From the NCBI GenBank assembly GCA_963758525.1, contig CAVWVQ010000003.1:928001-992000 (forward strand): DNA of 64,000 bases, in the 5' to 3' direction. The position numbers and the translations under genes were made by a program. Positions 1-9,068 of this stretch are shown here, piece by piece. The notes under the pieces are model-generated. The model was not told where the DNA came from, made no database searches, and saw only the letters and a program-made list of their open reading frames with translations. The DNA comes from an uncultured Phycisphaerales bacterium. GTDB lineage: Bacteria > Planctomycetota > Phycisphaerae > Tepidisphaerales > Tepidisphaeraceae. Each line of letters starts with the position of its first letter. The stretch's first letter is position 1.

Positions 1-60
1 CCTTCCTCCCCTTCGCGGCGCAGCAAGGTCTCGGCGCGCCGGGGCTTGAATTGCCAACAG

Positions 61-380
61 CGTCGCGCCGCCGTGCGGACCATTCCTCGACGGCGAACAC
101 AATGCTTTACGACGCTCTCCACCGCCCATGGCGAACGTTCCATTCAACAAGTCTCTAACAGATTTCGCACATCGCAATCCACCTTGTTTGTCAATCTCCC
201 AAAGCCAACGGATTGCCATCCGTTGGGTATTGATCACTCCTCCCGCTCGCAGCACAAACCCCGATCCCTTTCCCAGAAGAATTTACATCAGAAAGACGCG
301 ATCCCGCCTTTACCCCGCAGAGTGGCACGATTTGGCACGAAATGGCACGATTTGGCACAGTTTCGCAATGCGACAAGAGC
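61..380. repeat. Composite non-coding dispersed element, copy 1 (REP half-site, AAAGCC hairpin, TGGCACGAWW decamers)
   Basis: 61-213 aligns without gaps to 56123-56275 (~70% identity by manual count). Four TGGCAC(GAWW) units at 323-359, followed by CGACAAGAGC as in copy 2. Confidence 0.75.
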
Positions 381-590
381 AAAAGTTCCAACGGTGCCCC
401 CGCGCGAGTCGCGGAGCAAGGAGTAAGAAGCGAGCCGGAGCCATCCCCGGCGACAGATTCGCTCAGCTCGCTGCCGGCACGGTAGCCGGCGTGCCCGTCG
501 CGACTCGCTGTCTCTTCGCACCAGCATCTGTGCATCCCGCGCTCGCGCGCGATGTTCAAAGCGAATCTGCCGAGGGATCCGCGCTCCCTG

Positions 591-616
591 AAAGCCAACG
601 GATTGCCATCCGTCGG
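591..616. repeat. REP-like hairpin AAAGCCRACGGAT-TGCC-ATCCGTYGG (family G)
   Basis: Same hairpin at 201-226, 7124-7149 (inverted), 8666-8691 (inverted), 37352-37378, 56263-56285 (degenerate) and 62451-62476 (inverted). Confidence 0.85.
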
Positions 617-948
617 TCCCAGGAGGAGCAGTGACTCGCGCCGCGCGGAGTTGCCCGCGGGCGGCTAATGGAGTCGAGGCGCAATACCCGCTGGCCCGCA
701 CGTTCCCCGGTTCGACTGAGCACCTTCCCCTGTCAACGCTTCGACGATGATCTTGCGATCATCCCCGCATGACTCGGGGCCGACGTGGCTCGCTACGCCT
801 TCGTCGCATAAACTTTCATTCACTGCACCTCACCGGCTTTGCTGGCGCACTATGACCCCCTCATCCCGGCCACCTACGATCGAAGCGATTGCCAAGGCGC
901 TGGGGCGTAAAGGCAAAAGACTTGCTTAGATGAGATTCGATCGGAAGA

Positions 949-1488
949 ATGATGGGAATGGAAAATAGCATCAATGAAAAATGGCGGGGCGTGATGATGC
1001 ATAGCCACTCAGTTCCAATGGGGTTCCAAGTCGCGTTTGACGCACGCGGTTTGATGAACTCGATCGGTCCAGACGGTCCCACAAGGGTGCCGAAGGGCGC
1101 GCGCGTACTTCTTGGGCATGCTCTGGAATTGATCTCGTACGATCCGCCCGAGGTCGCGATCGGCGGCATCGAGCGCGACGACTACGTCGCGAAAGCGACC
1201 GAAATCGCAAATAAGCCGGCGGGTCAATGGATAACTTTCAACCGACTCCCGGATGGCAAAGTGCGCGTCTGTTTTGGTATGCCCATCTTGCAAGACCTTG
1301 GTGAACCCTCGAGAGCCGCGAGCGGCGCGCACGTGACACTGAATGCCGATCTCACAGAGGCAATTGAATACTGGGAGGCGGAGGTCGGCGATCCGCATCG
1401 CAAGGAATACATCGCGAAAGCGATTGAAGCGGCAAGGGCAGACAGGAAGAGAAACATGACAGTGACGGAGGCAATTCAGTGTCTGTGA
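949..1488 (+). CDS. Hypothetical protein
   Basis: 179-aa ORF with globular-protein composition, co-oriented with the downstream triad. No motif recognised; start codon uncertain. Confidence 0.6.
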   Translation: MMGMENSINEKWRGVMMHSHSVPMGFQVAFDARGLMNSIGPDGPTRVPKGARVLLGHALELISYDPPEVAIGGIERDDYVAKATEIANKPAGQWITFNRLPDGKVRVCFGMPILQDLGEPSRAASGAHVTLNADLTEAIEYWEAEVGDPHRKEYIAKAIEAARADRKRNMTVTEAIQCL

Positions 1489-1652
1489 AAGTGAAACTTC
1501 GAAGAGCTTTGAGCGCTGTCGAGGATGCCGCGAGCACCCTCAAGAAGCTACGAAGCCAGGTCGAAGATCATCGAGACGTTGATCGCGCCATAAGCGAACT
1601 TGACGATGCGGAGTCAGAGATTCGGCGCGCGAAACCGCAGCCGCAGCACTAG
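1479..1652 (+). CDS. Small helical-hairpin protein (57 aa), absent from ORF track
   Basis: GGAGG at 1467-1471, 7 nt before GTG 1479. Translates MSVKVKLRRALSAVEDAASTLKKLRSQVEDHRDVDRAISELDDAESEIRRAKPQPQH, with TAG at 1650-1652. Overlaps the upstream stop codon. Confidence 0.6.
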   Translation: MSVKVKLRRALSAVEDAASTLKKLRSQVEDHRDVDRAISELDDAESEIRRAKPQPQH

Positions 1653-1724
1653 GGGCACGAAGCCCGAGGATGATTCGCGAGTCGCCGCCGTTCAAAACGA
1701 ATTCGACAATGTGAAGGAGAGCGC

Positions 1725-2393
1725 ATGGCCGAGCAAATCCCATTCGGCACCAGTGACTTCGCCGAAAATCCGGAACCAAGATGCCCATGTATCCTCCTGC
1801 TGGATACATCGGTCTCGATGAACGGTAAGCCGCTTGAAGAGCTCAACGCCGGATTGCTGGCGTATAAGGATGAGCTTGCAGCGGATTCGCTCGCGGCAAA
1901 GCGAGTCGAGGTGGCTATTGTCACTTTTGGACCCGTGCAAGTCGCGCAGGAATTCACAACGGCAGAGCAATTTAACCCCCCGACGCTACAAACCACAGGC
2001 GACACGCCAATGGGCGCCGCGATAGAACGCGCAATCGAAATGGTGACAGCTCGGAAGCAAACTTATCGTTCGAACGGGATCGCATTCTATCGACCGTGGA
2101 TTTTCCTAATTACTGACGGTGGCCCTACGGACCCATGGCAATCGGCCGCTGCACAGGTGCATGAGGGGGAATCGTCGAAGGCATTTTCGTTTTTTTGCGT
2201 CGGGGTAGAAGGCGCGCACTTTGACATCCTGAAGCAAATTTCCGTTCGCGAGCCGCTACGGCTCAAGGGCGTACGCTTCCGCGACCTATTCCAATGGCTT
2301 TCGAATTCGCAGAAATCCGTCTCCCGGTCGACACCAGGGGATGCCGTGCCGATTTCCAACCCGGCTACCCCAGAGGGGTGGGCAAGCGTTTAG
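1725..2393 (+). CDS. yegL: TerY-type vWA domain protein (YegL-like)
   Basis: [17 protein letters not shown] (MIDAS), [10 protein letters not shown] and SVSRSTPG match E. coli YegL as I recall it. AGGAG RBS upstream. Confidence 0.92.
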   Translation: MAEQIPFGTSDFAENPEPRCPCILLLDTSVSMNGKPLEELNAGLLAYKDELAADSLAAKRVEVAIVTFGPVQVAQEFTTAEQFNPPTLQTTGDTPMGAAIERAIEMVTARKQTYRSNGIAFYRPWIFLITDGGPTDPWQSAAAQVHEGESSKAFSFFCVGVEGAHFDILKQISVREPLRLKGVRFRDLFQWLSNSQKSVSRSTPGDAVPISNPATPEGWASV

Positions 2394-2400
2394 CGGCCCA

Positions 2401-3174
2401 ATGTGGAAATATCTCAACGAAAGCATCGAAGGGACGTCTCACCGTGCGAGCGGCATAGCTTGCCAGGACTCCTCGTTTGTATCGCCATGCCGGGTCGAAG
2501 GAGAGGATATCCTGATTTTGGTTTGCGCCGACGGTGCGGGGAGTGCCGCGCAATCGCAAATAGGGTCCAAGCTCGCTTGCGAGGTTGTCGTGCGAGAGGT
2601 TCTGGCCTTCTTTGGATCGGGGAAAACGCCCGCGCAGATCGAGAAGGATTTGCCACTTGAATGGGCCCACCAAGTCCGGCATGCGATCGACGAAGAGGCA
2701 AAGCGTCGCTCAACGAGTCCCCGCGAGCTCGCATGCACGTTGCTGTTCGCGGTTCTCGGAAAAACGACCGCCGTCTTCGGACAGATCGGCGATGGCGCTA
2801 TCGTGATTGCAAGGGCCGGGGGCATGCGTGCCGTTTTCTGGCCGCAGAGCGGTGAATATCACAACACAACGTACTTCATCACAGACGAGCAGTACGAGCA
2901 GCGTTTTCAGGTAGAGGTTGTGCAGCAGTCTGTAGACGAAATTGCGATCTTTACGGACGGCCTCGAAATGCTTGCGTTGGAATATTCCGGACGGACAGTG
3001 CACGAGCCGTTTTTTTCTCCAATGTTCGCGTCACTACGTGTCGCCGTGGATTCCCATGACTTAATCATACCGATGCGCCAGTTTCTCGCTTCCAAGGCGG
3101 TGAACGATCGAACGGACGACGACAAAACGCTCATCTTAGCGAGCCGGGTGGCGAGTGCCGACGCTATTGTATGA
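2401..3174 (+). CDS. yegK: PP2C-family Ser/Thr phosphatase (YegK/PphC-like)
   Basis: GTSH...CQD, ADGAGS, IGDG, TDG and DDKT motifs. Lies between the vWA and kinase genes. Confidence 0.9.
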   Translation: MWKYLNESIEGTSHRASGIACQDSSFVSPCRVEGEDILILVCADGAGSAAQSQIGSKLACEVVVREVLAFFGSGKTPAQIEKDLPLEWAHQVRHAIDEEAKRRSTSPRELACTLLFAVLGKTTAVFGQIGDGAIVIARAGGMRAVFWPQSGEYHNTTYFITDEQYEQRFQVEVVQQSVDEIAIFTDGLEMLALEYSGRTVHEPFFSPMFASLRVAVDSHDLIIPMRQFLASKAVNDRTDDDKTLILASRVASADAIV

Positions 3175-5125
3175 TTCGACGGGGCGCGCCCTGACATTGG
3201 GCCGTGAGATCGCCCGCGGTGGCGAGGGCGCGATTCTTGAAATCCCTCAGAGCGAATCGGTTGTCGCAAAACTGTACCATTCGCCGCCCGATAACGAGAA
3301 AATTGAAAAGCTGAGACTGATGGCGAGGCTCGCGACGGAAGACCTCCTGAATATTGCTGCATGGCCAACGGGCACAATTCACCTAACGCCTGGAGGAAAA
3401 CTGGTCGGCATATTGATGCCTCGGGTTACCGGGCGGAGAGAAATTCATCAGCTCTACAGCCCGGCCCAAAGGAAGTCTTTTTTTCCAAGAGCCGATTGGA
3501 GTTTCCTGGTTCATGTGGCGATGAATTGCGCAGCGGCTTTCGAAACAGTGCATTTGCACGGCCAAGTTATTGGCGACGTAAACCAAAGTGGCGTGCTCGT
3601 ATCCGATCGCGCCACTGCCTGCTTGATCGACTGCGATTCGTTTCAGATTAGGGGCAACGGACGAATATTTCATTGCGAAGTTGGGGTACCGCAGTTCACG
3701 CCGCCCGAGCTACAGGGAGTGTCGTTCAAAGACGTGGAGCGCCAAGTCAATCACGATCTCTTTGGACTCGCGCTATTGCTTTTTCACTTGCTATTCATGG
3801 GGCGCCACCCATTCGCTGGCCGATTTGGCGGTTCATCGGAAATGCCCATCGAGCGTGCCATCAGCGAAGGAAGGTTTGCATTTAGCAGCAGTGCCGCGAC
3901 TTATGGGATGATGCCGCCACCTTACTCGCTCCCGATGATGGCGCTGCCGCAGGAGACGGCGAACCTCTTCGAACGGGCATTCATGCGTCCGGCACCCGGT
4001 GTGACCCGTCCAACAGCTCGTGAGTGGCGCGAGGCCATGTCGGCGCTAGAGCGGAACCTGAAATCGTGCCACGCAGATCGGGGGCACCGCTTCTATTGCC
4101 ACCTTGCACGCTGCCCATGGTGTCAGCTCGTGAATGAGGGCGGCCCAAATTTTTTCATCTCCGTGGAGTTGGTTTTAGATCATGTCCAGGTGAATTTGCC
4201 GCATGTCGATTTTAAGCGGCTTTGGACGGCGATCGACAGTATTCCGCCGCCGAATTTGGAGCGCCCGGATTTTCCAAACCGGCCATCCAACCTGCGCGCC
4301 GACCCACTGCCAGAGTCAATACGCGACCAGGGGCTACTTCTTCGGCTGGTGATTGTGACCGAAGTCGCATCGGCAGCAGGCACCATCGTCGGATGGTATT
4401 TTGCGCTGGTGGCCTTTTGGGCGTGCGTTGGGCTCCTCGCGGTTTTCGGCATTTGGTGGATAATTCTAGCTAATCTTTCCGGATTGAAGAAGGAACTGGC
4501 TGGCCGTAGGGCGATCGCCGAGCGAAAACGCGAAGAGCTGAAGGATCTACAGGACCTATGGGATTCTCGCGGAGATACCGCTGTCAGAAGATTCGACTCA
4601 CTCAAGGCCGAACTGGTCAAAACATGGGAGCGAGCCGAACATCTTTCAGCGGAATTTCAGAGGGAAAAGGACCGGTCGGAGGTGGCTCGGCGAGAAACGC
4701 AGCTGGACGAATACCTGAACCAACAGTTCATCCGAAACGAGAAAATTGCTAGAATTGGCCCCGGCCGCCTCTCGATCCTGCTCTCCTATGGAATCGAAAC
4801 CGCGGCCGACATCGAGACTCGGCGGTTGTTGCAAATTCCTGGGATGGGGGCCGCGGTTGTTGGCGAACTGGTCTCCTGGCGCGAGGAAAAGGCGCGCGGA
4901 TTTGTTTTCGACCCGAAGCGCGCCGCGCCTGTTAGCGAGCTGCGAGCATTGGTCATAAAATATCGGCAGTTCCAACAGACTTTTGAGGCCAAGCTAACCT
5001 CGGGAGCTCGCGACCTGGATCAGATTGCGTCCTCGGCACACCGGGAAAGTTCCGTACTAACTGAGCAAATCCGTCGGCTCGTACTGGAAATCTGGCAGGC
5101 GGACGCGAACGCGGCAGTGCGATAG
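3155..5125 (+). CDS. yegI: Atypical Ser/Thr kinase with TM segments and C-terminal helix-hairpin-helix region (YegI-like)
   Basis: GGEGAI, VAKLY, GDVNQ, IDCDS, FTPPELQ, GRHPF, CPWC; two hydrophobic helices; IGPGR..LLSYGIETAADI..IPGMG. Confidence 0.9.
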   Translation: MPTLLYDSTGRALTLGREIARGGEGAILEIPQSESVVAKLYHSPPDNEKIEKLRLMARLATEDLLNIAAWPTGTIHLTPGGKLVGILMPRVTGRREIHQLYSPAQRKSFFPRADWSFLVHVAMNCAAAFETVHLHGQVIGDVNQSGVLVSDRATACLIDCDSFQIRGNGRIFHCEVGVPQFTPPELQGVSFKDVERQVNHDLFGLALLLFHLLFMGRHPFAGRFGGSSEMPIERAISEGRFAFSSSAATYGMMPPPYSLPMMALPQETANLFERAFMRPAPGVTRPTAREWREAMSALERNLKSCHADRGHRFYCHLARCPWCQLVNEGGPNFFISVELVLDHVQVNLPHVDFKRLWTAIDSIPPPNLERPDFPNRPSNLRADPLPESIRDQGLLLRLVIVTEVASAAGTIVGWYFALVAFWACVGLLAVFGIWWIILANLSGLKKELAGRRAIAERKREELKDLQDLWDSRGDTAVRRFDSLKAELVKTWERAEHLSAEFQREKDRSEVARRETQLDEYLNQQFIRNEKIARIGPGRLSILLSYGIETAADIETRRLLQIPGMGAAVVGELVSWREEKARGFVFDPKRAAPVSELRALVIKYRQFQQTFEAKLTSGARDLDQIASSAHRESSVLTEQIRRLVLEIWQADANAAVR

Positions 5126-5149
5126 ATGCCCATTGCAATCGCCACAGCC

Positions 5150-6289
5150 TCAAATCGTGGGCCAGGGCTTGCGATGCGTTGCCGCCACCGGGCCAGGAAC
5201 GCCAACGGCCGAAACCGCGGATTGACGCATGCCGATAATCGCAACGACAAGATTGTCCGCAGCGTTCGCTTTAGAGAATTTGAATTCTTCACCCAGTCCG
5301 GAGGAACTGCTTATTTTTAACGTACCATATTGCATGATCGGCAGCATCCGGTTGCCATTGAAGCGTCGGTCCGGGCCGCCGTCCTTATTTACGAAACGCC
5401 AAGTTTGCCCGATCTGCCGGCCATCCCTCGGCGGCGCATTATTCTCCACGAACGTGCCGCTTGTAACCTGCGCCAGGAATTGACTGTATCCGATTGCGCC
5501 AACGCTTTTGGAGTCGAACACAAGTATGGTATCGGGAAAGAAGAAAAGTTTGATGGGCCCGGCTGTCAGCATCGCCGGGCAAACGTTGCTCTCAAAATAT
5601 GGCGGCAACTTAAAGGATGGCAACGTCGCTTGCCTTTCCACTATGGTAGACACACCTGCATGATATTTCCTGTTCCAGACAGCCGAAACGGAACGGACGT
5701 GCCAGAAGCCCTGGCAGGTTCGCAAAACTTCGAAAGCCTTAAGAAGTTGCCCGTACTGCTGGTTGAAGCCAGGATCCAAATGATAGGAAATCTCGACGGT
5801 TTTGCGTCGGATATCGACTCTCCACGCGAACGGCGTCAACAGAATGCATACCACGACGGTGATCACTCCCAAGGTTGCCGAGCCGGCAATAAGCGACGCG
5901 ATGGCGGCGGTGACGCAGATGGCCAGGACCCAAAGGTGGAGCCGCACCCTTCGGTATTTCTCCCGGACCTCGCTTAAGAGCTCCGCGTGCGACGAATCGA
6001 CCATACTCGCGACGTTGGCACTCGATACAACCTGCTGAGGCCCGACTCCCGAGGCCGAAGAATTTTGTTGATTTGACGAGACCCCTCGCGGATTTCCGCG
6101 GGTGCCAGATGCTGACCACTGTTTTCGGTAATAAATTCCTCCGGCACCGCATTGGACATAGCGTTGCCCGCGCGAGGATATGCCGAAGCGCAAGCCCCTC
6201 ATCCCGGCCGAAACGCCTACCCCACTTTTCGACAGGTTAAGGCGTAGCCCGCTGCCGAGGTTTACGCTCTTGCGAAAAAAGAATCCCAT
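5150..6289 (-). CDS. DUF4236 domain membrane protein
   Basis: N-terminal MGFFFRKSVNLGSGLRLNLSKSGVGVSAG...GIYYRK; two TM helices; C-terminal W.FVNKDGGPDRRF. Confidence 0.85.
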   Translation of the reverse strand: MGFFFRKSVNLGSGLRLNLSKSGVGVSAGMRGLRFGISSRGQRYVQCGAGGIYYRKQWSASGTRGNPRGVSSNQQNSSASGVGPQQVVSSANVASMVDSSHAELLSEVREKYRRVRLHLWVLAICVTAAIASLIAGSATLGVITVVVCILLTPFAWRVDIRRKTVEISYHLDPGFNQQYGQLLKAFEVLRTCQGFWHVRSVSAVWNRKYHAGVSTIVERQATLPSFKLPPYFESNVCPAMLTAGPIKLFFFPDTILVFDSKSVGAIGYSQFLAQVTSGTFVENNAPPRDGRQIGQTWRFVNKDGGPDRRFNGNRMLPIMQYGTLKISSSSGLGEEFKFSKANAADNLVVAIIGMRQSAVSAVGVPGPVAATHRKPWPTI

Positions 6290-6643
6290 TTTGCCCCAAC
6301 CTAGCGGCGCGACTACCTTCCGGGAAAAGTATAAAGGTGCTGCGTGATAGTGGCAAATACCTGTGCTGTGGCGAGTACCTCTGCAATCTTCGATTGACAG
6401 GTTCGTTTAAGCTTTCCGGCCTGCAATCGTCTCCTCATTGGTAGTTGCCGCGATTACCGGATAGGCGCCCCTAACCAAGTTGCGCCCTTGGAGCGTCGGA
6501 AAAAAATTCGCCGCGGCAAATCGCTCGTGGCGGCGCCGTCTGACGCGTTCATGCTAAGAATCGCCGTGCAGTGGAAACGCGAAGGGGGACACTCGACACT
6601 CGTACTTATTCACGATGGCCATTTCTCGGGATAATCAGCGGCA

Positions 6644-6800
6644 ATGCCCGGCACGCAAGGTCTTCGGCGGACAATCAGGTCACCCACGCGCTCAATCGCG
6701 GCACCTGCCGGATGCGGCTCTTCCGCAAGCCAGCGGACTTCGACGTGCTCGTCAAAATGTTGTCGAAAGGACTGGAGCGATGGTGCGTCGATGTGCATAG
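6644..6800 (+). pseudogene. Truncated Y1 HUH transposase (RAYT/IS200-like TnpA) N-terminus
   Basis: MP(R)HARSSADNQVTHALNRG..RMRLFRKPADF..LVKML..GLERW resembles the HxxNRGxxRxxIF start of RAYT-type TnpA. It breaks off before the HUH motif, at a dispersed repeat. Confidence 0.7.
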
Positions 6801-6808
6801 CAGCCCGT

Positions 6809-6868
6809 GGTTAAAGTTCCCGGCATGCCGGGACTGCTTGTGGCTTCGGGCCGGGCTCTTCGTTGTCG
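6809..6868. repeat. 60-bp dispersed repeat, copy 1
   Basis: 53/60 identical to 61462-61521. Contains the CCCGGC-AT-GCCGGG hairpin. Confidence 0.85.
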
Positions 6869-7024
6869 AGACTTGCCTGTCCCGGCGCGCCGGGACTGCT
6901 GCGTCGCGACGCCTTGATCCCCGCCCGATGCCACGGCGCATCGACGCGCGGGACATTAACCACGGACTGCCAGGATCAAGGCGAACCCGCGGGGACTTAT
7001 TTGTCGCGGCAGCGCGGAGCCGGG

Positions 7025-7157
7025 CGACTTCCCGCGGTGAGCTTGCCGTGGGCGGTTCGCCCACTCGCAGCGCAGGTCGGGAAGCGGAGCAGCAGCGTGT
7101 CATTGGGCACGGGAATCCGGGGACCAACGGATGGCAATCCGTTGGCTTTTGGAAAGG
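7025..7157. repeat. ~133-bp direct repeat, left copy (flanks ATPase gene)
   Basis: Highly similar to 8568-8699. Ends in a family-G hairpin. Confidence 0.9.
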
Positions 7158-7391
7158 GCGAGGAGGGAAGCACGAGCGGGGCGGTGGGCACGTCTTGCTG
7201 CAATCTCTGAGCTGAAGAATGGATGGCTCGATGGAGCCGGCACCGCTCCGGAGCCAGGGAAACTCGCGGCAAGCGTGCTGCTCTGTTACGCCGGGCACCA
7301 CTGGGCGGAGCTGAGCCTGCTGTCCTATACGGTGTTTAGCCGGTTATAGCTAAAAACTGGAATAACCTGGCATAACTGCCTAAATGCCCGC

Positions 7392-8583
7392 ATGGACAGA
7401 GTCAAAAACCCCTTTTCCCCTGGCGCCGGCAGTCGGCCGCCGGAGTTGGTAGGACGAGACGCGATATTGGAGGATGCGCGGGTCGCATGCTGCGCGGGTG
7501 AAATCGAACTGGACCGCCCAAGGAATGATGCTGACGGGACTGCGAGGCGTGGGCAAGACGGTTTTGCTGAATGAGGCTCGACGAATAGCGCAGGATCAAG
7601 GGTATCACCCCGTCATGATCGAGGCTTATGAGGACAAGCCGCTGGGACCGCTGCTTGCTCCGTCTCTGCGGCAGCTTTTGTACGAATTTGATCGCGTTGC
7701 TGGAACTGGAGACAAAGTGAAGCGGGGGCTGCGAGTGCTGCGCAGCTTTGTGGGAGCTCTGAAAATCACGACAAACGACGTCACGTTCGGACTTAACGTG
7801 GAACCAGAGAAGGGCGCAGCCGACAGTGGCGATATAGAAATCGACCTGCCGAGCCTGTTTGTTGCCTTGGGTGAAGCGGCGGCAGATCGGCGAGAGGCAG
7901 TCATTCTGCTGATCGATGAAGTGCAATACCTCTCTAAAAAGGAACTCGGCGCCATGATCATGGCAATGCATCAAGTTCAGCAGCGCCAGCTCCCGATCGT
8001 GTTCATCGGGGCGGGTCTGCCCATTCTTCCGGCGCTCGCGGGCAACAGCAAGTCATACGCAGAGCGGCTCTTCAAGTTTCCGGTCGTCGGTCCGCTGTCC
8101 GCAGCGGACGCCGCCAAGGCGCTGCGAGAACCCACGCTCGCCGAGAATGTGGTTTTTAATGAGGACGCCTTGGCAGAGGTTTATCGATTGACGGAAGGCT
8201 ATGCGTATTTCGTGCAGGAATGGGGGTCGCAGTGCTGGAATGCCGCCGCAGCAAGCCCGATCACCATCGGCAGCGTCACGGCGGCGACACCGGCGGCGAT
8301 TGCTGAACTTGACAAGAGCTTCTTCCGCGTGCGGTATGACCGGCTGACCCCGGGAGAGAAGCGATTTTTACGAGCTATGGCTGAGGTGGGCGCGGGCCCC
8401 GTCCGAACGGGTGATGTGGCTACAGTATTGGGCGTGAAAGTGACTTCAATGGGTCCAACGCGGGCAGCGTTGATCGCAAAGGGGATGATCTATAGCCCGG
8501 CGTTTGGTGACATGGCGTTTACTGTGCCGATGTTCGATCAGTTCATGAAAAGATCGATGCCAAAGCTCGACTTCCCGCGGTGA
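7392..8583 (+). CDS. AAA_16-type ATP-binding protein with probable C-terminal wHTH (frameshift near 7487)
   Basis: NPFSPGAGSRPPELVGRD in the 7392 frame continues as Walker A GLRGVGKT and Walker B LLIDEVQ in the 7474 frame. Confidence 0.85.
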
Positions 8584-8699
8584 GCTTGCCGAACCGGTCG
8601 CCGGACTCGCAGCGCAAGTCGGGAAGCGGAGCAGCAGCGTGTCATTGGGCACGGAAATGCGGGGACCCACGGATGGCAATCCGTTGGCTTTTGGAAAGG
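8568..8699. repeat. ~132-bp direct repeat, right copy (supplies the ATPase stop codon)
   Basis: Matches 7025-7157. TGA 8581-8583 lies inside the repeat. Confidence 0.9.
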
Positions 8700-8786
8700 C
8701 ATCGATGGCGGTCGGCGCGTCAGCCCGACGTTGCAACGCGGCGCCCGCTCCGACGCAGCGGCGGGCGGGGAAGTCACGTCCGATCC

Positions 8787-8880
8787 GCTTCTGGCTCCTT
8801 GCTTCCCGCTTCTTACTCCTTGCTTCTGGCTTCTGGCTTCTTGCTTCTGACTCCTCGCTTCTGACTCCTCGCTCATCGCT
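8787..8880. repeat. Heptamer simple-sequence repeat (CTTCTGG/CTCCTTG-like)
   Basis: Visible degenerate tandem 7-mers. Confidence 0.7.
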
Positions 8881-9068
8881 CCCCATTTCCCTCCCCAGCC
8901 CCTCCCCTTCTTTCAGTATTTTCACACGCGAGGAAATGAGGGACTTGGTCTGGCGTCGGTCGGGGCGTCTCGCTATGATCCTCGCGCAATCAGGGAAGGC
9001 GTCGGGCATGGCAGCGACGCCGCGCGTCAGTCCGGGCATCGGAGCGGAGTGACGGGACGGATGATCGT

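Noticed and set aside
323..368. TGGCAC repeats as sigma54 promoters
   Set aside because: GG-to-GC spacing is 9 rather than 10 nt and there is no TTGC box. They are tandem decamers within a dispersed repeat.
46..701. ORFs 46-426, 128-634, 191-598 and 288-701 as genes
   Set aside because: They overlie non-coding repeats, and divergence from the 56-kb copy shows no codon-position bias.
747..929. HTH-like tail PTIEAIAKALG
   Set aside because: Only ~11 aa resemble an XRE C-terminus and the rest of the ORF does not. At most a remnant.
7025..8699. Integron attC sites or CRISPR repeats
   Set aside because: No attC core motifs or integrase; only two long repeats and no spacer array or cas genes.
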